A stretch of 63,378 nucleotides of DNA, the filler included, from Chiloscyllium plagiosum (Eukaryota): NCBI RefSeq assembly GCF_004010195.1. It is 4 parts of one record of this genome, joined end to end, with 100 filler letters (N's around TTAATTAATTAA, not from the genome) between each part and the next. Parts side by side here need not be neighbours in the genome. Positions count along the whole stretch, not along the records: positions 1 to 26,006 come from NC_057712.1; positions 26,107 to 44,095 come from NC_057712.1; 2 more parts are not named here. The stretch is one strand, 5' to 3'. Shown piece after piece: positions 22,975 through 36,267 of this stretch. Each line of letters begins with the position of its first letter. The stretch's first letter is position 1. A program made the translations under genes and the position numbers. The notes under the pieces were generated by a model that was not told the origin of the DNA, did no database searches, and saw only the letters and a program-made list of their open reading frames with translations.

Positions 22975-25790
22975 ATCCCAGGCAGAAGTCCCCCAGGCTA
23001 TGTCCTGTCCCACCAGCAGACATACCCACAAGTAGAGGCAATACAGTGTACATAATCAAAATGGAGTTGCCCTCAATATTGACCTAAAACCCAACGAAGA
23101 CTCAAGACTAATGTGGGCAAGGAAATGTCCTGCAGGCCATCACCAGCACCCTACAAGTGGCTGATGAAGCAGCTCTCCTTTGTGTTGAGCATCAATTAGA
23201 AGGAACACGGAGTGTGGGCAGGACGTAGAATGTATTCTGGGTGGGCTCTTTAACATCCTTCCCTGAGAGTGGCTTGGCAGAACCATTGCTGATGAACCTG
23301 GCCAAGTACTAAAGGACATAGCTGCTAGTCTGAGGAAGGTGATGGGGGAGCCAACAAGAGGGAAAACTCATTTGACCACATACTCGCCAATCTGTTACAG
23401 ATGCATTTGTCCTTGACACTATTGGTGGAAGTCACCATTGCTTAGTCCTTCCAATGGAGCCACATCCTCTCTGTCCAATATAATATCATCCATCATATGG
23501 GTGGCACCATGCTAGATGGAGTACATGTTGAACAGATAAGAGTAACCCAGACTGGTCACCCATGAGGTGCTGTGAGCCATCAGCAACAGCAGAATTGTAC
23601 TCAAATGCAATCCTTAACCTCATGGCTCTGGCATATCCCTCACTCCATCATTACCACCAAACCGGGGGTCAACCCTGATTCAATGAAGAAGGGAGTGCCC
23701 AAGGACTAGCACCAGGCATATATAAAAGTGAGGCCTCAACTTGTTGAAGCCACAACACAAGACTACTTGCATATCAAGCAGAGAAAGCAGCTTCAATAGA
23801 CTAGCTAACCAATCTCACAGGCAATGGATCAGTACTGAAACTGCAATCCTGCCACAGGCAGGAATGGTGATAGGCAAATAACACACGGATGGAGGAATGC
23901 TTCAAAAATATCCCCATCCTCACTGAGGGAGGACCCAAGCACTTCATTGCAAAAGACAAAACTGAAACAACAGCATCCAGTGAATACTACAAAGACTATG
24001 TGCCCTGACAATATTCTGGTGACAGTACTGAAGACACGCATTACAAAACTTAGCCCCACAACATTGGCATCAAGCTTGCATCATGGAAAATTATCCACCT
24101 ATGTCCTATGCACAAGGAAAGGACAAATCCAACCAGCATGTTACTGCCCCATCAATCTGTTCTTGATCAGTAGCAAAGTGCGGTCACCTGTCTAGTGATA
24201 CTTGTTTAGCCATAACCTAATGATCAGTTTGGTTTCCACCAAGGCTGCTTAACTCTGACTTCACTATAGCCATAACATAAAAACTGACAAAGAGCTAAAC
24301 TTCAGAAGCAAAAGAGAGTGACAGCTCTTGACATCAAGGCAACATTTGACAGAGTCTGGATTAGGGAGTCTGAGCAAAACTTCAGTCAATCAGAATCAGA
24401 AGTAAACTCCACTTGTTAGAGTTCCAGTTACCACTAAGAAAGATGGTTTGGCTGTTGGAGCATTAGTAAGCTGTGAAAGTCACAGTTGAAGAACTATCCC
24501 CTAGTCACCCCTGTGTTACAGGTAAAGGGGTTCTCTGACTCTCAGTGACAGAAATCAGCTAGCCCCCAGCAAGACAAAAGCAAATGGAGAACTCTCTTTC
24601 ACCCTGAATGCTGGAGTTCAATCACGATTGAAAGGAATTAGAATTACAGAATATCAACTAACCTACAAAACTAAAGATCGGAAAACCAACTGGTCAAATA
24701 TCAATGTCAATGGTAACCTCTACAGTTGAAAAGTTGAAGAATCCACTCTTCATAAACAATTCAGAGACTGATCTGTATATTATTTTAACCTTTATTCTTT
24801 TAGATTTACCTCTTCTTTATAACCTCTTTTTGTGTTATCAATTCTTCACATATTTATTCATTAATTAAGAAGTTCACTCTTTGTTAATTCAAAAAAGCCT
24901 GATTAATTTGGATCCTTTTAAAGCATACGTTTATTTGAACTGAGAGAAAGGTATCAATAAGGAAAGAGATCCTTTAAAAGTTAACCTTGTTGCAACTGAA
25001 TGACAGGGTGGGTGAATAATTAAGGCAACTAATTCCTAACCACCAGAGAGCTTAAGGATTTGGGGTATTCCATCTGGAACCATAACAAACTGGGGATGGT
25101 TACTTATGGTCTTGGCATAACAAACTATATCTCCTTAACATTCGATGGTGTTACTATCTGTGAAGCCCTTACCATCAATACCTTAGGGATTATCATTGAC
25201 CAGAAACTGAACAGAACTTATCCTATAAACGCTGTGGCTGCAAGAGCAAGTTAGAGGCTACAAATTCTGCAACAAATAACTTGCCTTTTACCTTGCCAAA
25301 GCCTGCCCATCATCTGCAAGGTACTAGTCGGGTGTGTGATAGAATACTCTCCACTTACCTGATGAGTGCAGCTTCAACAAAACTCAAGAAGCCTGACACC
25401 ATCCAGGACAAAGCAGCCAGCCTGTTTGATTGACAACCCATCCATTACTTTAAACATTCACTTTTTCCAACACTGATACCTTGTGGCAACAGTGTGTACT
25501 AACTTACAAGATGCACTGCACTGACTGACCAAGCCTCCTCTGACATCACCTTCCAAATCCAGAACCTCTACCATCCAGAAGGACAAGTAGAGCAGCTGCA
25601 TGGGGGCACCACCAACTTAAAGTTTCCCTCCAAACCACACACCACCCTGACTTGGAATGACTGTCACTGGGTCAAAATTCTAGGACTCCTGGTTGAGCTG
25701 CCTTGATGAGATATTGCAGTCAGTGCAACGTAGGTGCACCCACAAAGCTGCTGAGGAGGAAATTCCTGGGTTTTGACTGAGTGACAATGA
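22975..25790 (+). mobile_element. Second, longer degraded copy of the same CR1/L2-group LINE, interrupted by an LTR fragment
   Basis: Endonuclease and RT remnants (CTTGACATCAAGGCAACATTTGACAGAGTCTGG = LDIKATFDRVW); 25220-25790 is homologous to 22355-22880. Confidence 0.7.
24470..25095 (+). mobile_element. LTR-like fragment inserted in the LINE
   Basis: Non-LINE block ending ..GAACCATAACA followed by AACTGGGG (LTR end plus PBS-like start); U5-like T-rich tract. Confidence 0.45.
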
Positions 25791-25798
25791 GCAAATGG

Positions 25799-26006
25799 CA
25801 ATATAGACAAATAGGTGCAGAAGTAGGCCATTCTGCCCTTCGAGCCTGCACCACCATTCAATATGATCATGGCTGATCATCCTTAATCAGTATCCTGTTC
25901 CTGCCTAATCTCCATAACCCTTGATTCCACTATCCTTGAGAGCTCTATCCAACTCTTTCTTAAATGAATCCAGAGACTGGGCCACCACTGCCCTCTGGGG
26001 CAGAGC
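25799..26006 (-). mobile_element. CR1 LINE 3' end, same young subfamily as 1-330
   Basis: Near-identical reverse complement of about 118-325. Confidence 0.92.
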
Positions 26007-26106
26007 NNNNNNNNNNNNNNNNNNNNNNNNNNNNNNNNNNNNNNNNNNNNTTAATTAATTAANNNNNNNNNNNNNNNNNNNNNNNNNNNNNNNNNNNNNN
26101 NNNNNN
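26007..26106. other. Assembly gap / artificial contig linker (44 N + TTAATTAATTAA + 44 N)
   Basis: Fixed 100-bp structure, identical at three sites. Confidence 0.97.
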
Positions 26107-26278
26107 CCTCTAGCTTATCTCGCCACGCTTCAGGCTCTGTGCCTTTATTCCTGATGAAGGGCTTTTGCCCGGAACGTCAATTTCACTGCTCCTAGGATGC
26201 TGCCTGAACTGCTGTGCTCTTCCAGCACCACTGATCCCGAATCTGGTTTCCAGCATCTGCAGTCATTGTTTTTACCTC
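26107..26278 (+). mobile_element. Penelope pLTR with mutated hammerhead (GAAA to GGAA)
   Basis: ATTC-CTGATGA-A-GGGC-TTTT-GCCC-GGAA-CG-TC at 26147-26178. Confidence 0.85.
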
Positions 26279-26356
26279 TATGGATTTCCCTGCCCAGTGA
26301 AGTTATGACCTACTTCAGAATCTGGTTTCCAGCATCTGCAGTCATTGTTTTTACCT

Positions 26357-26565
26357 CTATGGATTTCCCTGCCCAGTGAAGTTATGACACTACTTCAGTA
26401 AATGTTTTTAAAGCTAAGATAGACTTTTTTTGAACAATAACGGATATGGTGAGTGGGCGGGTAAGTGGATCTGAGTCCACGAAAAGATCAGCCATGATCT
26501 TATTGAGGGCTGCAGCAGGCTCGAAGGGCCAGATGGCCTACTCCTGCTCCTAGTTCTTATGTTCA
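26357..26565 (+). mobile_element. CR1 LINE 3' end (same family as 16848)
   Basis: TTTAAAGCTAAGATAGA..AAAAGATCAGCCATGATCTTATTGAG..CCTAGTTCTTATGTTC. Confidence 0.85.
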
Positions 26566-27726
26566 ATCTTAACCATTGGAAATCACAACCTTACGTAGGC
26601 AACCATTACTCCAACCTCGGAGTACATTCTGGAAGTGAGGGAGAAAGATGTGGCTGTGTGTGATAAAGTGTCAGGTAAGGATTGAGAGTGCGCGAGTGCT
26701 GGACATAATTCAAAAATAAAGATTCACTCAAACAAAAATCTAACTCCCCACTTCCGAAATTAATGTCAGCTACGAAAAAAGAATACATGCCATAATTGCA
26801 AGGTTATTCTAAGCAATATGAGTACAGGTTGTACCTTCCTAAGCCAGCAGTCTCTGGTCCAACAGCCACAGCATGGTTGCAATTCTGGACTCTGTAAAGC
26901 CACTCTTTGGGTCACGTGGCTATGGAGGGCACATGCTCAGGCTGCACCCTATGTACTTCAGTGGTATCTCATTTCTCTGGAATAATTGAGATTGTACTTG
27001 CTTAACCCTTTGGTAAAAATAAATGATTTATGTTGTTGCTCGCAGTTGGGTGTGGGAGACATAAAGAATTAAATGCTTCAACCTCACACTGGAAAAAAAA
27101 GTGCTTCCGCTGTCTTTTAAAACCCCCTATGCTGACCCAAGCACATTGACCTTCCTCCCGTGGTCTGGTCAACCCTGTGGTCTGGCAAAGACCCAGTCCC
27201 AGAGGTGATGGATGAGCGAGTCATATAATGTGAGCGCAAATCAGGGGAAAACAGAAAGCACACAGAAATCTGATTACTTCCAGACTCACTGGGATTCAAG
27301 GAGAAAAATATTTCAGTTTGAAAACAGCAACAGTATCCCAGCGCTGTTTTTTTTTCAATGTCCTCCTGTCCTTTTTTTTGGAAGGCACTTTTATTTATTA
27401 TACAAATGAAATCATATAAATACAAGTTTAGTTCCAAGCATATTTCTGGGAAGCTTGCAAGAGCAGCTAGCCACTACAATACTGACAAAATCATAGCTAT
27501 ATTTCCCAATGCACTTGTATAGTTCAGTCTGCCTGTATAGCACATAAGACAATACTTTTCAACAATAATAAATCAAATCAAAATTATGTTCAACTTCCAT
27601 TTGGCATTTTTCCCAGAGATCAGAAACTTGAATTGTGAAAAAAATCATCTGATATCCCATTCACTCTGTGACACTGCAAAGCAGTAAATAATAAGGCATA
27701 TCATTAGGCTGTCTTGATTATTATTT

Positions 27727-27815
27727 ATGATAGCATCAAAGATCACACAACATCAGATTATAGACCAACAGGTTTATTTGAAATCACAAGCTTTCAGAGC
27801 AACCACCTCATGATG
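27727..27815 (-). mobile_element. Fragment of a second Penelope pLTR family
   Basis: ATCACACAACATCAGATTATAGACCAACAGGTTTATTTGAAATCACAAGCTTTCAGAGC resembles a recalled shark Penelope terminal repeat. Confidence 0.5.
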
Positions 27816-27859
27816 AAACTCACAACTTGGAGAGGTTTGGAGAGGTTTCATGAACTTGG

Positions 27860-28020
27860 TCATGGCCCACTCCATCTAATTCACCCACGTCCATTATCAA
27901 ATGAAACTGCCATTCTTACCTGGTCTGGCCTACATGTAACTCCAGACCCATTGCAATGTGGTTAATGCTGAACTGCCCTCTGGGCAATTAGGAATGAGTC
28001 TACCTATATCCCGAGTGAAT
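27860..28020 (+). mobile_element. SINE central domain and 3' tail
   Basis: CTGCCATTCTTACCTGGTCTGGCCTACATGTAACTCCAGACCC..GCAATGTGGTT..AACTGCCCTCTG is homologous to 40430-40510. Confidence 0.65.
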
Positions 28021-29244
28021 TTAAATGGAAATATTATATTCAACTAAAATGATAAATGCAGCAACAAAGAGCAGATGGAAATTCTATTAATTGTTGAACT
28101 TGATTGCAAATTGCACAAAATGTGAAACTGGAAACCTCCATTTTGTAAATAATTCATCAGATGCCATCACAAATAAAAACTACGCATGAGGATTATGTTT
28201 CATTATAAGAGTGTGCCAGTTAAACCACAAAACTGCAACTTTAGTGCAATGATACCTGAATTGCTTAAACCAGCTCCACAGAGTGCCCTAGAAGATGGTC
28301 AGGTATGTGTGGGCATTGTGGTTGATGAAATGCTTCTTCCCTTGAATTTTAATAACCTGATTGAGTGTACTGCCAAATAAAACATGAATTATAAAATTAA
28401 TTAGAACGATAATTTGAATCAGGCCCCTGCGGGAAGAAAAGGCAAGCTGGCAATAATAATTTGAATATTAGAATTACTGCCTTTGTACCTACAACAACAA
28501 CCCTTTGTAGACTGTGCTATACTTCACAAGATAATTAATCATATTTCACCACCAAGGTTATGGGGTTCCAAACACAGACTAGAGGCACAGCTGAACCTGA
28601 CTTAATGTTGTGTTGTCCATTTTTCAGAATTTACATTTAATGTTTCATATGTGAAGAAGTTATTCATAAAACTATAATATGGAATGTTACAATGTAAAAT
28701 CTCATTCAGAATTATTCAGTGCTGAGTCCAAAATTGTCAGAAACATTTTTAAAAGTATTTGTACTCTGACGTATAGAATTTTAAACACTTCAATAGCTCA
28801 GTAGGTTTCATTGTCATTAGATATGAAATAAGCTTTTGCACAAAGCTAAATAACTAAAACAAATGCAAAATTGTCTATTTTGTCTCCTTATAAAAGAGCA
28901 AAGAGTAAAGTGCCAATACAAAGTCCTGCAATGCGTTAGATAAATACAAATTTAGTCTCATCAATTCAGAAATCTTTTCAGGTCATTTTCTGGTGTTCAA
29001 AGGAAAATACAATCAGGAAAATTGGTTTGAGAGAGACACAATAGTAACAAGACAAATTTCAAGTCTCATTTTAGGTTAACAAAATAAAGAGATTGCCTTT
29101 GTGAAGGGATGCCTTTCCAGATACTACTCCATAAACTGTTTCACCAGTGCAGTTATTTTCTACAGTTGACAACAATATCAAACTGGGCTTTTTGTCAATA
29201 TTATTTCCAGTTCTGACAGCTAATTTTGCTTACCCATTATTGGA

Positions 29245-29960
29245 GCAAAGGAAGCTAGGAACTAGAGTAGGCCACTCAGTCCATCCAGCCTGTACCCCCA
29301 CCCCCCACCATTCAATACAATCATGGCTAATCAAACCATTTCAATGTCTTTGACCACCTCATCTCCAATACTGTGTATGCCATTAGTGATGTCAAACCTA
29401 TCAATCTCCACCCTAAATGTACTTAAAGTCACAGCCTCTACAGAAAATTTTACAACAGTAAGTAGAAAAAAACTCTCCTTGTTTCAAACCAAAACGGCAA
29501 TTTTAAAAATTTTAAATTGTGCCTTTTGTTGCACTTCCTCTTTGGCAATGATATCTTTCCTGAAATAAGGATACTGAATCTGCAGAAACAACTCCAGGTG
29601 CAGACTAACTAAACTCCTACACACGAGAAGCAACACCTCACTAGGCCTGAATACACGAAGACTAACATTCCTTAGCTTTTCTAATAGCTCGCTCCACTTG
29701 CACATTAGCCTTAAGTGGCTTACTGACAAGGACACCCAGGTTTCTTTGTACCTCTCTACTCTCCAACCGTGTAACTGTAAAGAAATATCCTGCATATATG
29801 TTTGTCCAGCAAAAAGGTTAATCTCATGTTTTTCCACATCGTATTCAACCTACCCAGGTGCTGATCCTTGTGGAATTCCATTAGTCATAACCTGCCAGTG
29901 TGAGAATAGCTCATTATTCCTACTCTTTATTTCCTCTGTGCTATCTTGTTCACTGTAGAT
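29245..29960 (-). mobile_element. Degraded CR1 LINE
   Basis: ORF 29484-29837 ..SLVSLHLELFLQIQYPYFRKDIIAKEEVQ; reverse 3' UTR at about 29250. Confidence 0.75.
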
Positions 29961-30027
29961 AGAAATATTGGTTCAATCTTATTGTTCAGATTAGTAGATT
30001 CATAACCCTACAAAACATTCAATTCTA

Positions 30028-30315
30028 GGGGGTGGCATGGTAGCTCAGTGGTTAGCACTGCTGCCTTGCAGTGCCAGGAACACAGGTTCAATTCCAGCCT
30101 TGGGTGACTGTGTGAAGTTTGTACATTCTCCCTGTGTCTGTGTGGGTTTCCTCCCACAATCCAAAGTTACGCAGGCTGGATGGATTAGCCATGGGAAATG
30201 TAGGGTTACACGGAAAGGGTAGAGGTGGGGGGAGCACCAGGGTGGGATGCCCTTCAGAGGAGTAGTGTCGACTTGATAGGCAAAATTGTCTGCTTCCATA
30301 CTGTAGGAATTCTAC
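30028..30315 (+). mobile_element. HE1-like V-SINE
   Basis: GGGGGTGGCATGGTAGCTCAGTGGTTAGCAC, B-box, V-domain and tail. Confidence 0.9.
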
Positions 30316-30321
30316 TTTTCA

Positions 30322-30510
30322 CAGATTCATATAGCACAGAAACAGTCCCGTCAGAACAACCGATCCACGCCAACCAGACATCCCAATCTCACCTAGTCCC
30401 ATTTGCCAGCATTAGGCCTATATCCCTTCAAACTCTTCCTATTCATGTACCCATCCAGATGCCTTTAAAATGTTGTAACTGTACTTCGTCTGGCAGCTCG
30501 TTCCATCCAG
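30322..30510 (-). mobile_element. CR1/HER1 3' end
   Basis: CTAGTCCCATTTGCCAGC..CCATCCAGATGCCTTTAAAATGTTG matches the 31327 and 63123 copies. Confidence 0.8.
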
Positions 30511-30629
30511 GCAATTCCTCGATCTCACAGCTTGTGTGTGGCTGTTGTAATCAGACTCCAAGTGTGTCTGGGCACAAAGGATTCGCTCTTTCAAAATAGG
30601 TCAAGACCCAATCTAGGGGTTAGAAAACA

Positions 30630-30975
30630 CCAGCTAGGCTGGCACTTCAGAGCTGAGGGAGTGTCGTAGTGTAAGAGGTGTTACCTTTCTGTTGGGATGC
30701 TAAACTAAGGTCCGATCTACCATTGAAGGTAGATGTAAAAGGTGGCATCAAAGAAGGTCAGTTAAGCTCTCAATATTCTGGCCAACAATTGCACTATGAG
30801 CAACATCTAAAAATAAAGAACTTAATTATTAATTTTATTACAGTTTGTCGAAATGTGTGGAAGCTGGCTGCTGTGTTTCCCACATTATGCAGTGATAACA
30901 TTTCAAATGTACTTCTCCTGCTACAAAGTGATTTGGGATATCATGAAAGCTGCTAATTAAATGCAAATACTTTGC
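30630..30975 (+). mobile_element. DeuSINE (SacSINE1/AmnSINE-like), old
   Basis: CTAGGCTGGCACTTCAG..CTGAGGGAGTG..AGAGGTG..AAACTAAGGTCC..GGTAGATGTAAAAG matches the recalled Deu domain; L2-type tail ..AAATGCAAATAC. Confidence 0.7.
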
Positions 30976-31164
30976 TTATTTATTTTTAATACTCCCCTAT
31001 TTATCTACCAGTGTGAGTCCTCAGTAGATAAAACATCATGATAGGGATTACTCGGCGATTACTTTGGCCCCGTTAGTTCAAATTGAGGGACGTCATGAAG
31101 CTAGATGTGGAGAATTACAGAGGTGACCAAAACCATTGGTCCCATGGAGGGAAGCTGACAAAGA

Positions 31165-31265
31165 AGATTCTGAAGCAGTGTCATATCAGTCTCAAAATGT
31201 CAACTCTGTTTCTCTCTCCCAGATGCTGCCAAACCTGCTGAGTTTCTCCAGCATTCTCGGTGCTT
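31165..31265 (+). mobile_element. Penelope pLTR fragment with eroded hammerhead
   Basis: TTCTGAAGCAG..CTCAAAATGTCAACTCTGTTTCTCTCTCCCAGATGCTGCCAAACCTGCTGAG; reverse complement of the family at 795-920. Confidence 0.65.
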
Positions 31266-31326
31266 GTGACAAGAGTCCTTCATGTGTTATTCAGTTATTT
31301 TTACTTAAAGCAAACATATATATACA

Positions 31327-34300
31327 CAGAGTCATAGAGATGTATAGCACAGAAATTGGCCCTTTGGTCCAATTCATCCATGCTGACCGGATATCCTAAC
31401 CTAATCTAGTCCCATTTGCCAGCACTTGGCCCAAATCCCTTTAAACTCTTCCTATTCATGCATCCATCCAGTTGCCTTTTTAAATATTGTAATTGTACCA
31501 GCCTCCACCACTTCCTCTGGCAGCTCATATTTTGTGTGAAAAAGTTGCCCCTTAGGTCTCTTTTATATCTTTCCCCTCTCACCCTAAATCTATGACCTCT
31601 AGTTCCGGACTCCCCCACCCCAGGGAAGAGATCTTGTCTATTTACCCTATCCAAGCCCCTCATGATTTTATAAACCCCTAAGGTCACCCTCAGCCTCCGA
31701 TGCTCCAGGGAAAACAGCCTCAGCCTATTCAGCCTCTCCCTGTGGCTCAAACCCTCCAACCCTGGCAATGTCCTTGCAAATCTTTTCTGAACCTTTTCAA
31801 GTTTCGCAATATCTCTCCTGTAGCTGGGAGAACAGAATTGAACACAATATTCCAAGAGTGGCCAAATCAATATCCTGTACAGCCGCAACATGATCTCCCA
31901 ATTCCTATACTCAATAAAGGCAAACATACCAAATGCCTTCTTCACTGTCCAATCTGCCAGCAACTCCACTTTCGAGGAACTATGAACCTGCACTCCAAGG
32001 TTTCTTTGTTCAGCAACATTCCCCAGGACCTTACCATTAAATGCTGATAATCTCTAATCAGACCTTGCCTTTCCAATACATGTAAATCCTGTCCTTCAAA
32101 ATCTAACAACTTGCCCACCACCAGGCTCATCGGTCTATAGTTCCCTGGTTTTTCCTTCCCACCTTTCTTAAATAGTGGCACCATGTTAGCCAACCTCCCA
32201 TACTCTGCAATCACTTCCTTAGCTTCCCACAATGTTCTGGGGTACACCTGATCAGGTCCTGGGGATTTATCCAACATTATGCATTTTAAGACATCCAGCA
32301 CCTCCTCCTCTGTAATGTGGATACTCTACAAGATATCACGATTTATTCCCCCAAGTTCTCTACCTTCCATGTCCTTCTTCACAGCAAACGCTGATTCAAA
32401 ATACTCACTTAGTAACTCCTGTGGTTCCACATGTAGGTAGCCTTGCTGATCTTTACAGGCCTCTGTTTCTTCCCCTCTGTTCTTTTGTCCTTCATGTATT
32501 TGTAGAATCCTTTTGGATTCTCTTCAACCCTATTTGCCAAAGCTGTCTCATGTCCACTTTACAATCCCTTGTGGTCATCCCTTTCTTATTTCTCAGTTCC
32601 ATCCAAAAAACTTCACTGGACACACCCCGAATCAAAAACGCTACTCCCCCTCCTCTCTTGCCCCCCTTTCTATCCTTCCTATAGCATCTATACCCTGGAA
32701 CATTAAGCTGCCAGTCCTATCCATCCCTGAGCCATGTCTCTGGAGTTGCGACGATATCCCAGTCCCATGTTCTTAACCGTGCCCTGAATTCATTTGCCTT
32801 ACCTGTCAGGCTTCTTGCATTGAAATAAACACAGTTTAATTTATCAGTTCTACCTCGTTCTCTGTTATGTTCCTTCCTGCCTTGACTGTTTGATTTACTC
32901 CTTTTCCCAAATGCACCAACCTCAGACTGATCACTTTTCTCACTATCTCTCCCAAACCTGTTACCCCATTCCCACTGCCACACCCTCACTAGTTTAAATC
33001 CTCCGAGCAGCTCTAAGCAAATCCTCCTGGCAATATATTAGTCCCCTTCCAATTCATGTGTAATCCGCCCTTTGTAAACAGGTCTTTTCTACCCAAGAAA
33101 ACATTCCAATGATCCAAAAATTTGAATCCTTCTCCACTGCACCAGCTCCTCTGCCATGCATTTATCTGCTCAAGCCTCCTATTCCTCCTCTCACTAGACT
33201 GGGAATAATCCAGATATTACAACCCTCAAGGACCTGCTTATTAACCTCCTGCCTAATTTTCTATATTCTCTCGTCAGAACTTCATTCTTTTCTCCTCCTA
33301 TGTTGTTGGTTCCAATGTGTACAATGACCTCCTGCTAGTCTCTCTCCCCTTTGAAAATATTCTGCACCCTCCCAGAGATATCCTTGTCCCTGGAACCTGG
33401 GAAGCAACACACCATTCTGATATCTTGTTGCCGGCCAAAGAAACATCTGTCTGTTCCTCCAACTAGAGATTCCCCTGTCACAATTGCTTGCTTGGAACTT
33501 GACATATCCCTCATTACACTAGAGCCAGTCTCAGTCCCAGAAATTTGGCTGTTCATACTACATTTGCCTGAGAGTGCACCACCTCGACATTTTCCAAAAC
33601 TGCATACCTGTTTGAGATGGGGAGACACAGAGGAGACACCTGCACTACCTATCTACTCTTCCTATGTTTCCCAGAGCTAACCCATTTTCCCAACTGTATT
33701 TATGGTTTTTCTACCTTCCTGAAACTGCCATCCATCACATCCCCTGGCTCCTGAAAATTTCTCATTACCACAAACTGCTGCTTTAACTGATCCACGCAAT
33801 CTGAAAGGATTCGCAACCAAACACACTTCCTGTAGACATCATTATCAGGAACACTGAAATTCTCTGGAATCTTCCACATCCATCAGGAAGAATACGTTAC
33901 TCTACTAAAGGCCATCTTTGCATCTTAACAATCTACGGACCCAGAAAATAGCACAGTCTAACTGCCCTAAAAACACTGCTTCAGGATAACTTGGTACCAA
34001 GGTTTTATATAGTTAGAAAGTTTAATCAAGAAACAGGTCTCAATAAACATAGACACAAAACTATTTAAAATTTACAAAAAATATCAATAAGGTTAGTTGT
34101 AAAAAACAAAATGCTTAGCTGAACCCCGGCCTCTGCTGTGAACAGTTCTCGGGAGGTCCCTCCAAGGTCAGCTGTGAATCTCACTGTTTGTTCATTTTCA
34201 TAGACCGAACTCCAATGTCCAGAAAAACTTGAAACGAAACAGCACAGGCAGTCAGGTGTGAAAGTTCACTGTTCCTTGTTTCACCTCCCACGTGGAACTT

Positions 34301-34400
34301 GTTCTCTGAGCACCGCCTGTTTTAAAAGTCCCTTTGTTTTGATCTTCACCCCCCCCCCCCCACCAAAGTTCCAAAATAATACAATAGCCAATGAAATAGT
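31327..34400 (-). mobile_element. Near full-span CR1/HER1 LINE with internal deletions (5' UTR, ORF1, EN, RT, 3' end)
   Basis: ORF 31406-31993 RT C-terminus; 31942-32301 KSPGPDQVYPR..KPGNYRP; 32717-32989 CVYFNARSL..WDIVA (APE); 33335-33628 esterase GES-VGG..MVCCFPGS. Confidence 0.92.
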
Positions 34401-34669
34401 AACAACTGCTCCACAAATTTAAGGAAATCAGCTCCAACTCTGAAACAAACCTCAAGAAAGGAGCAGTTCGTGCAGCCACAATTTTCTCCCGTCCACCGTC
34501 TTGGATGGTCCAGAATTATATAAACAAATTCCTGGAAAGATGAATCAGCTGCCAACACTGACCAATGTTTCATGGAAGGTATTGGGGAAGGCTATACAGC
34601 TAAGAGTGTGAAAATAATTATTTAATTGGTCATTGCTTCCCATCTAATGCGAACGTTGTATATGTAGCA

Positions 34670-35510
34670 AGTGGGCAGTGGTGGAGGTTGCAGGATCTGG
34701 GCTCAGAGCCTAGGGTTCAGCCACTCCATTGGTTTTTACTTTTTTAAATCTTTTTTTTCACTTCCTTGCTCTTTTTTTTTAAAAAAACTTTGTAGTAGTT
34801 TGTTTATAACGTACCATCTGGAGAGGGCTCGATCATGGAGGGGACAGGATTAGGGCCCAGAGTGTGGCAGCGATAAGGATCCTCAGAGCGACATTATCCC
34901 TCGGTGATGAGGTGGCTAGCATTCCAGGTAGAACTGTAGTGGTCAGCAGCATCATGGCATAGCCAAGGACCGGAGCGGTCAGGCAGGAGTCCGGCAGTGG
35001 TCAGCAAGATGGCAGCACAGAGGATAGCCGGCCCAACACGGAACTGGGAGAATGGGGGGACAGTGGTCGAGCCTGGCTTGAGAGTGGGAGGGTATAACTG
35101 AGTCCAGAGTGAGGTGGGGAAGGGTGAGAACGAGCCCAGCATGGGAGGCGGAGGGCCGTGATTGAGCCCAGTGTGGGGGTCGAGAGGGGGTGTCAGTGAC
35201 TGAGCCCTTTGTAGAGTTCAAGCTCTCATCAGGAGAGGCCAGTGTGGAGCATCCAAAGGCCCATGACTAAAAAAGAATTGAAACATTGAACTTTTAACTG
35301 TCTTTCTTTATTTTTCAACTTTAAGCAAAGAAGAACTGTCCTGTTGAACTTAATGTTTTCATTATTTTTCTATTATATACCTCAGCTTTTGTACTTTTAT
35401 ATTTTTATACCCAAGATGGTGCCAGAAATAGTGACTTGGTCCACTTTTCACTGTAGTCCTGTATCTCTGTATCTGAGTACACATGACAGTAAAACCCAAT
35501 TCTAATTCTA
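34670..35510 (+). mobile_element. Unassigned non-autonomous element, copy 2
   Basis: GGGTTCAGCCACTCC then T-tract, GC-rich body; 3' end CAAGATGGTGCC..CTTTTCACTGTA..TACACATGACAGTAAA with (AATTCT)n. Confidence 0.6.
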
Positions 35511-35941
35511 TCTTCGAAGGCAGAGTAATTTCAAACTATTATGTATTATATTTGCTTAAAGATTTGAAACAAAGTATGATGAGTAACCTTCAAAGCAGCA
35601 GCTCTGAACCACTGGAAACATAACAATGCCCTCATGTTTCAGAAATAACGTGGAGAACATAGCTTTTGCAGGAAATAAGGGATACCTCATCTAGACTTCA
35701 GGAAGAGAGAAAACATGCAAGAGATGACCAAGATTCCTACAACAAGGCAAAAGAAAAAGATAATGGAGCTGGTGAGGCAAATAAACAGACACTCAACTCA
35801 GAATTCTATGAATCACTTAGTTACTCAACTCAAAGCTTCCAGGGAACTCATCCCAACTCATAACTCACAGTATTTCTCATTAACCCTCAATCCACTGTGT
35901 GGTATCTTCACAGCTTCTGAATGACATGGTCATTGCAAGTC

Positions 35942-36267
35942 ATAGAATCTCTACAGTGTGGAAGCACGCCATTCGACCCATCAAGTCCACACTGACCCTC
36001 CAAAGAGCATCCCACTCAGTCCCAGCCCCCCCACCCTATTTCTGCAACCCTGCCTTTCCCATGGCTTTCCCATCTAGACTGCACATCCCTGGACACTATG
36101 GGCAATTTTCTATGGTCAATCCAGCTAATCTGCACATCTTTGGATTGTGGGAGGAAACCCACACAGACACAGGGAGAATGTGCAAACTCTACACCTGAGG
36201 GTGGAATCGAACTTGGGTCCCTGGTGCTGTGAGGCAGCAGTACTAACCACTGACCTAACATGCCACA
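35942..36267 (-). mobile_element. HE1-like V-SINE
   Basis: Reverse-strand tRNA head, V-domain and tail. Confidence 0.88.

Noticed and set aside
1..26006. Large inverted repeat formed by 118-325 and 25799-26006 as element termini
   Set aside because: Both are LINE 3' ends with tails, i.e. independent insertions of one young CR1 subfamily
26007..26106. TTAATTAATTAA inside N runs (also 44096 and 56997) as a biological motif
   Set aside because: Identical 44N-12-44N layout three times; the 12-mer gives stops in all six frames, typical of an artificial contig linker
31406..31993. 195-aa ORF as a host gene
   Set aside because: It is the CR1 ORF2 C-terminus of a deleted, frameshifted LINE
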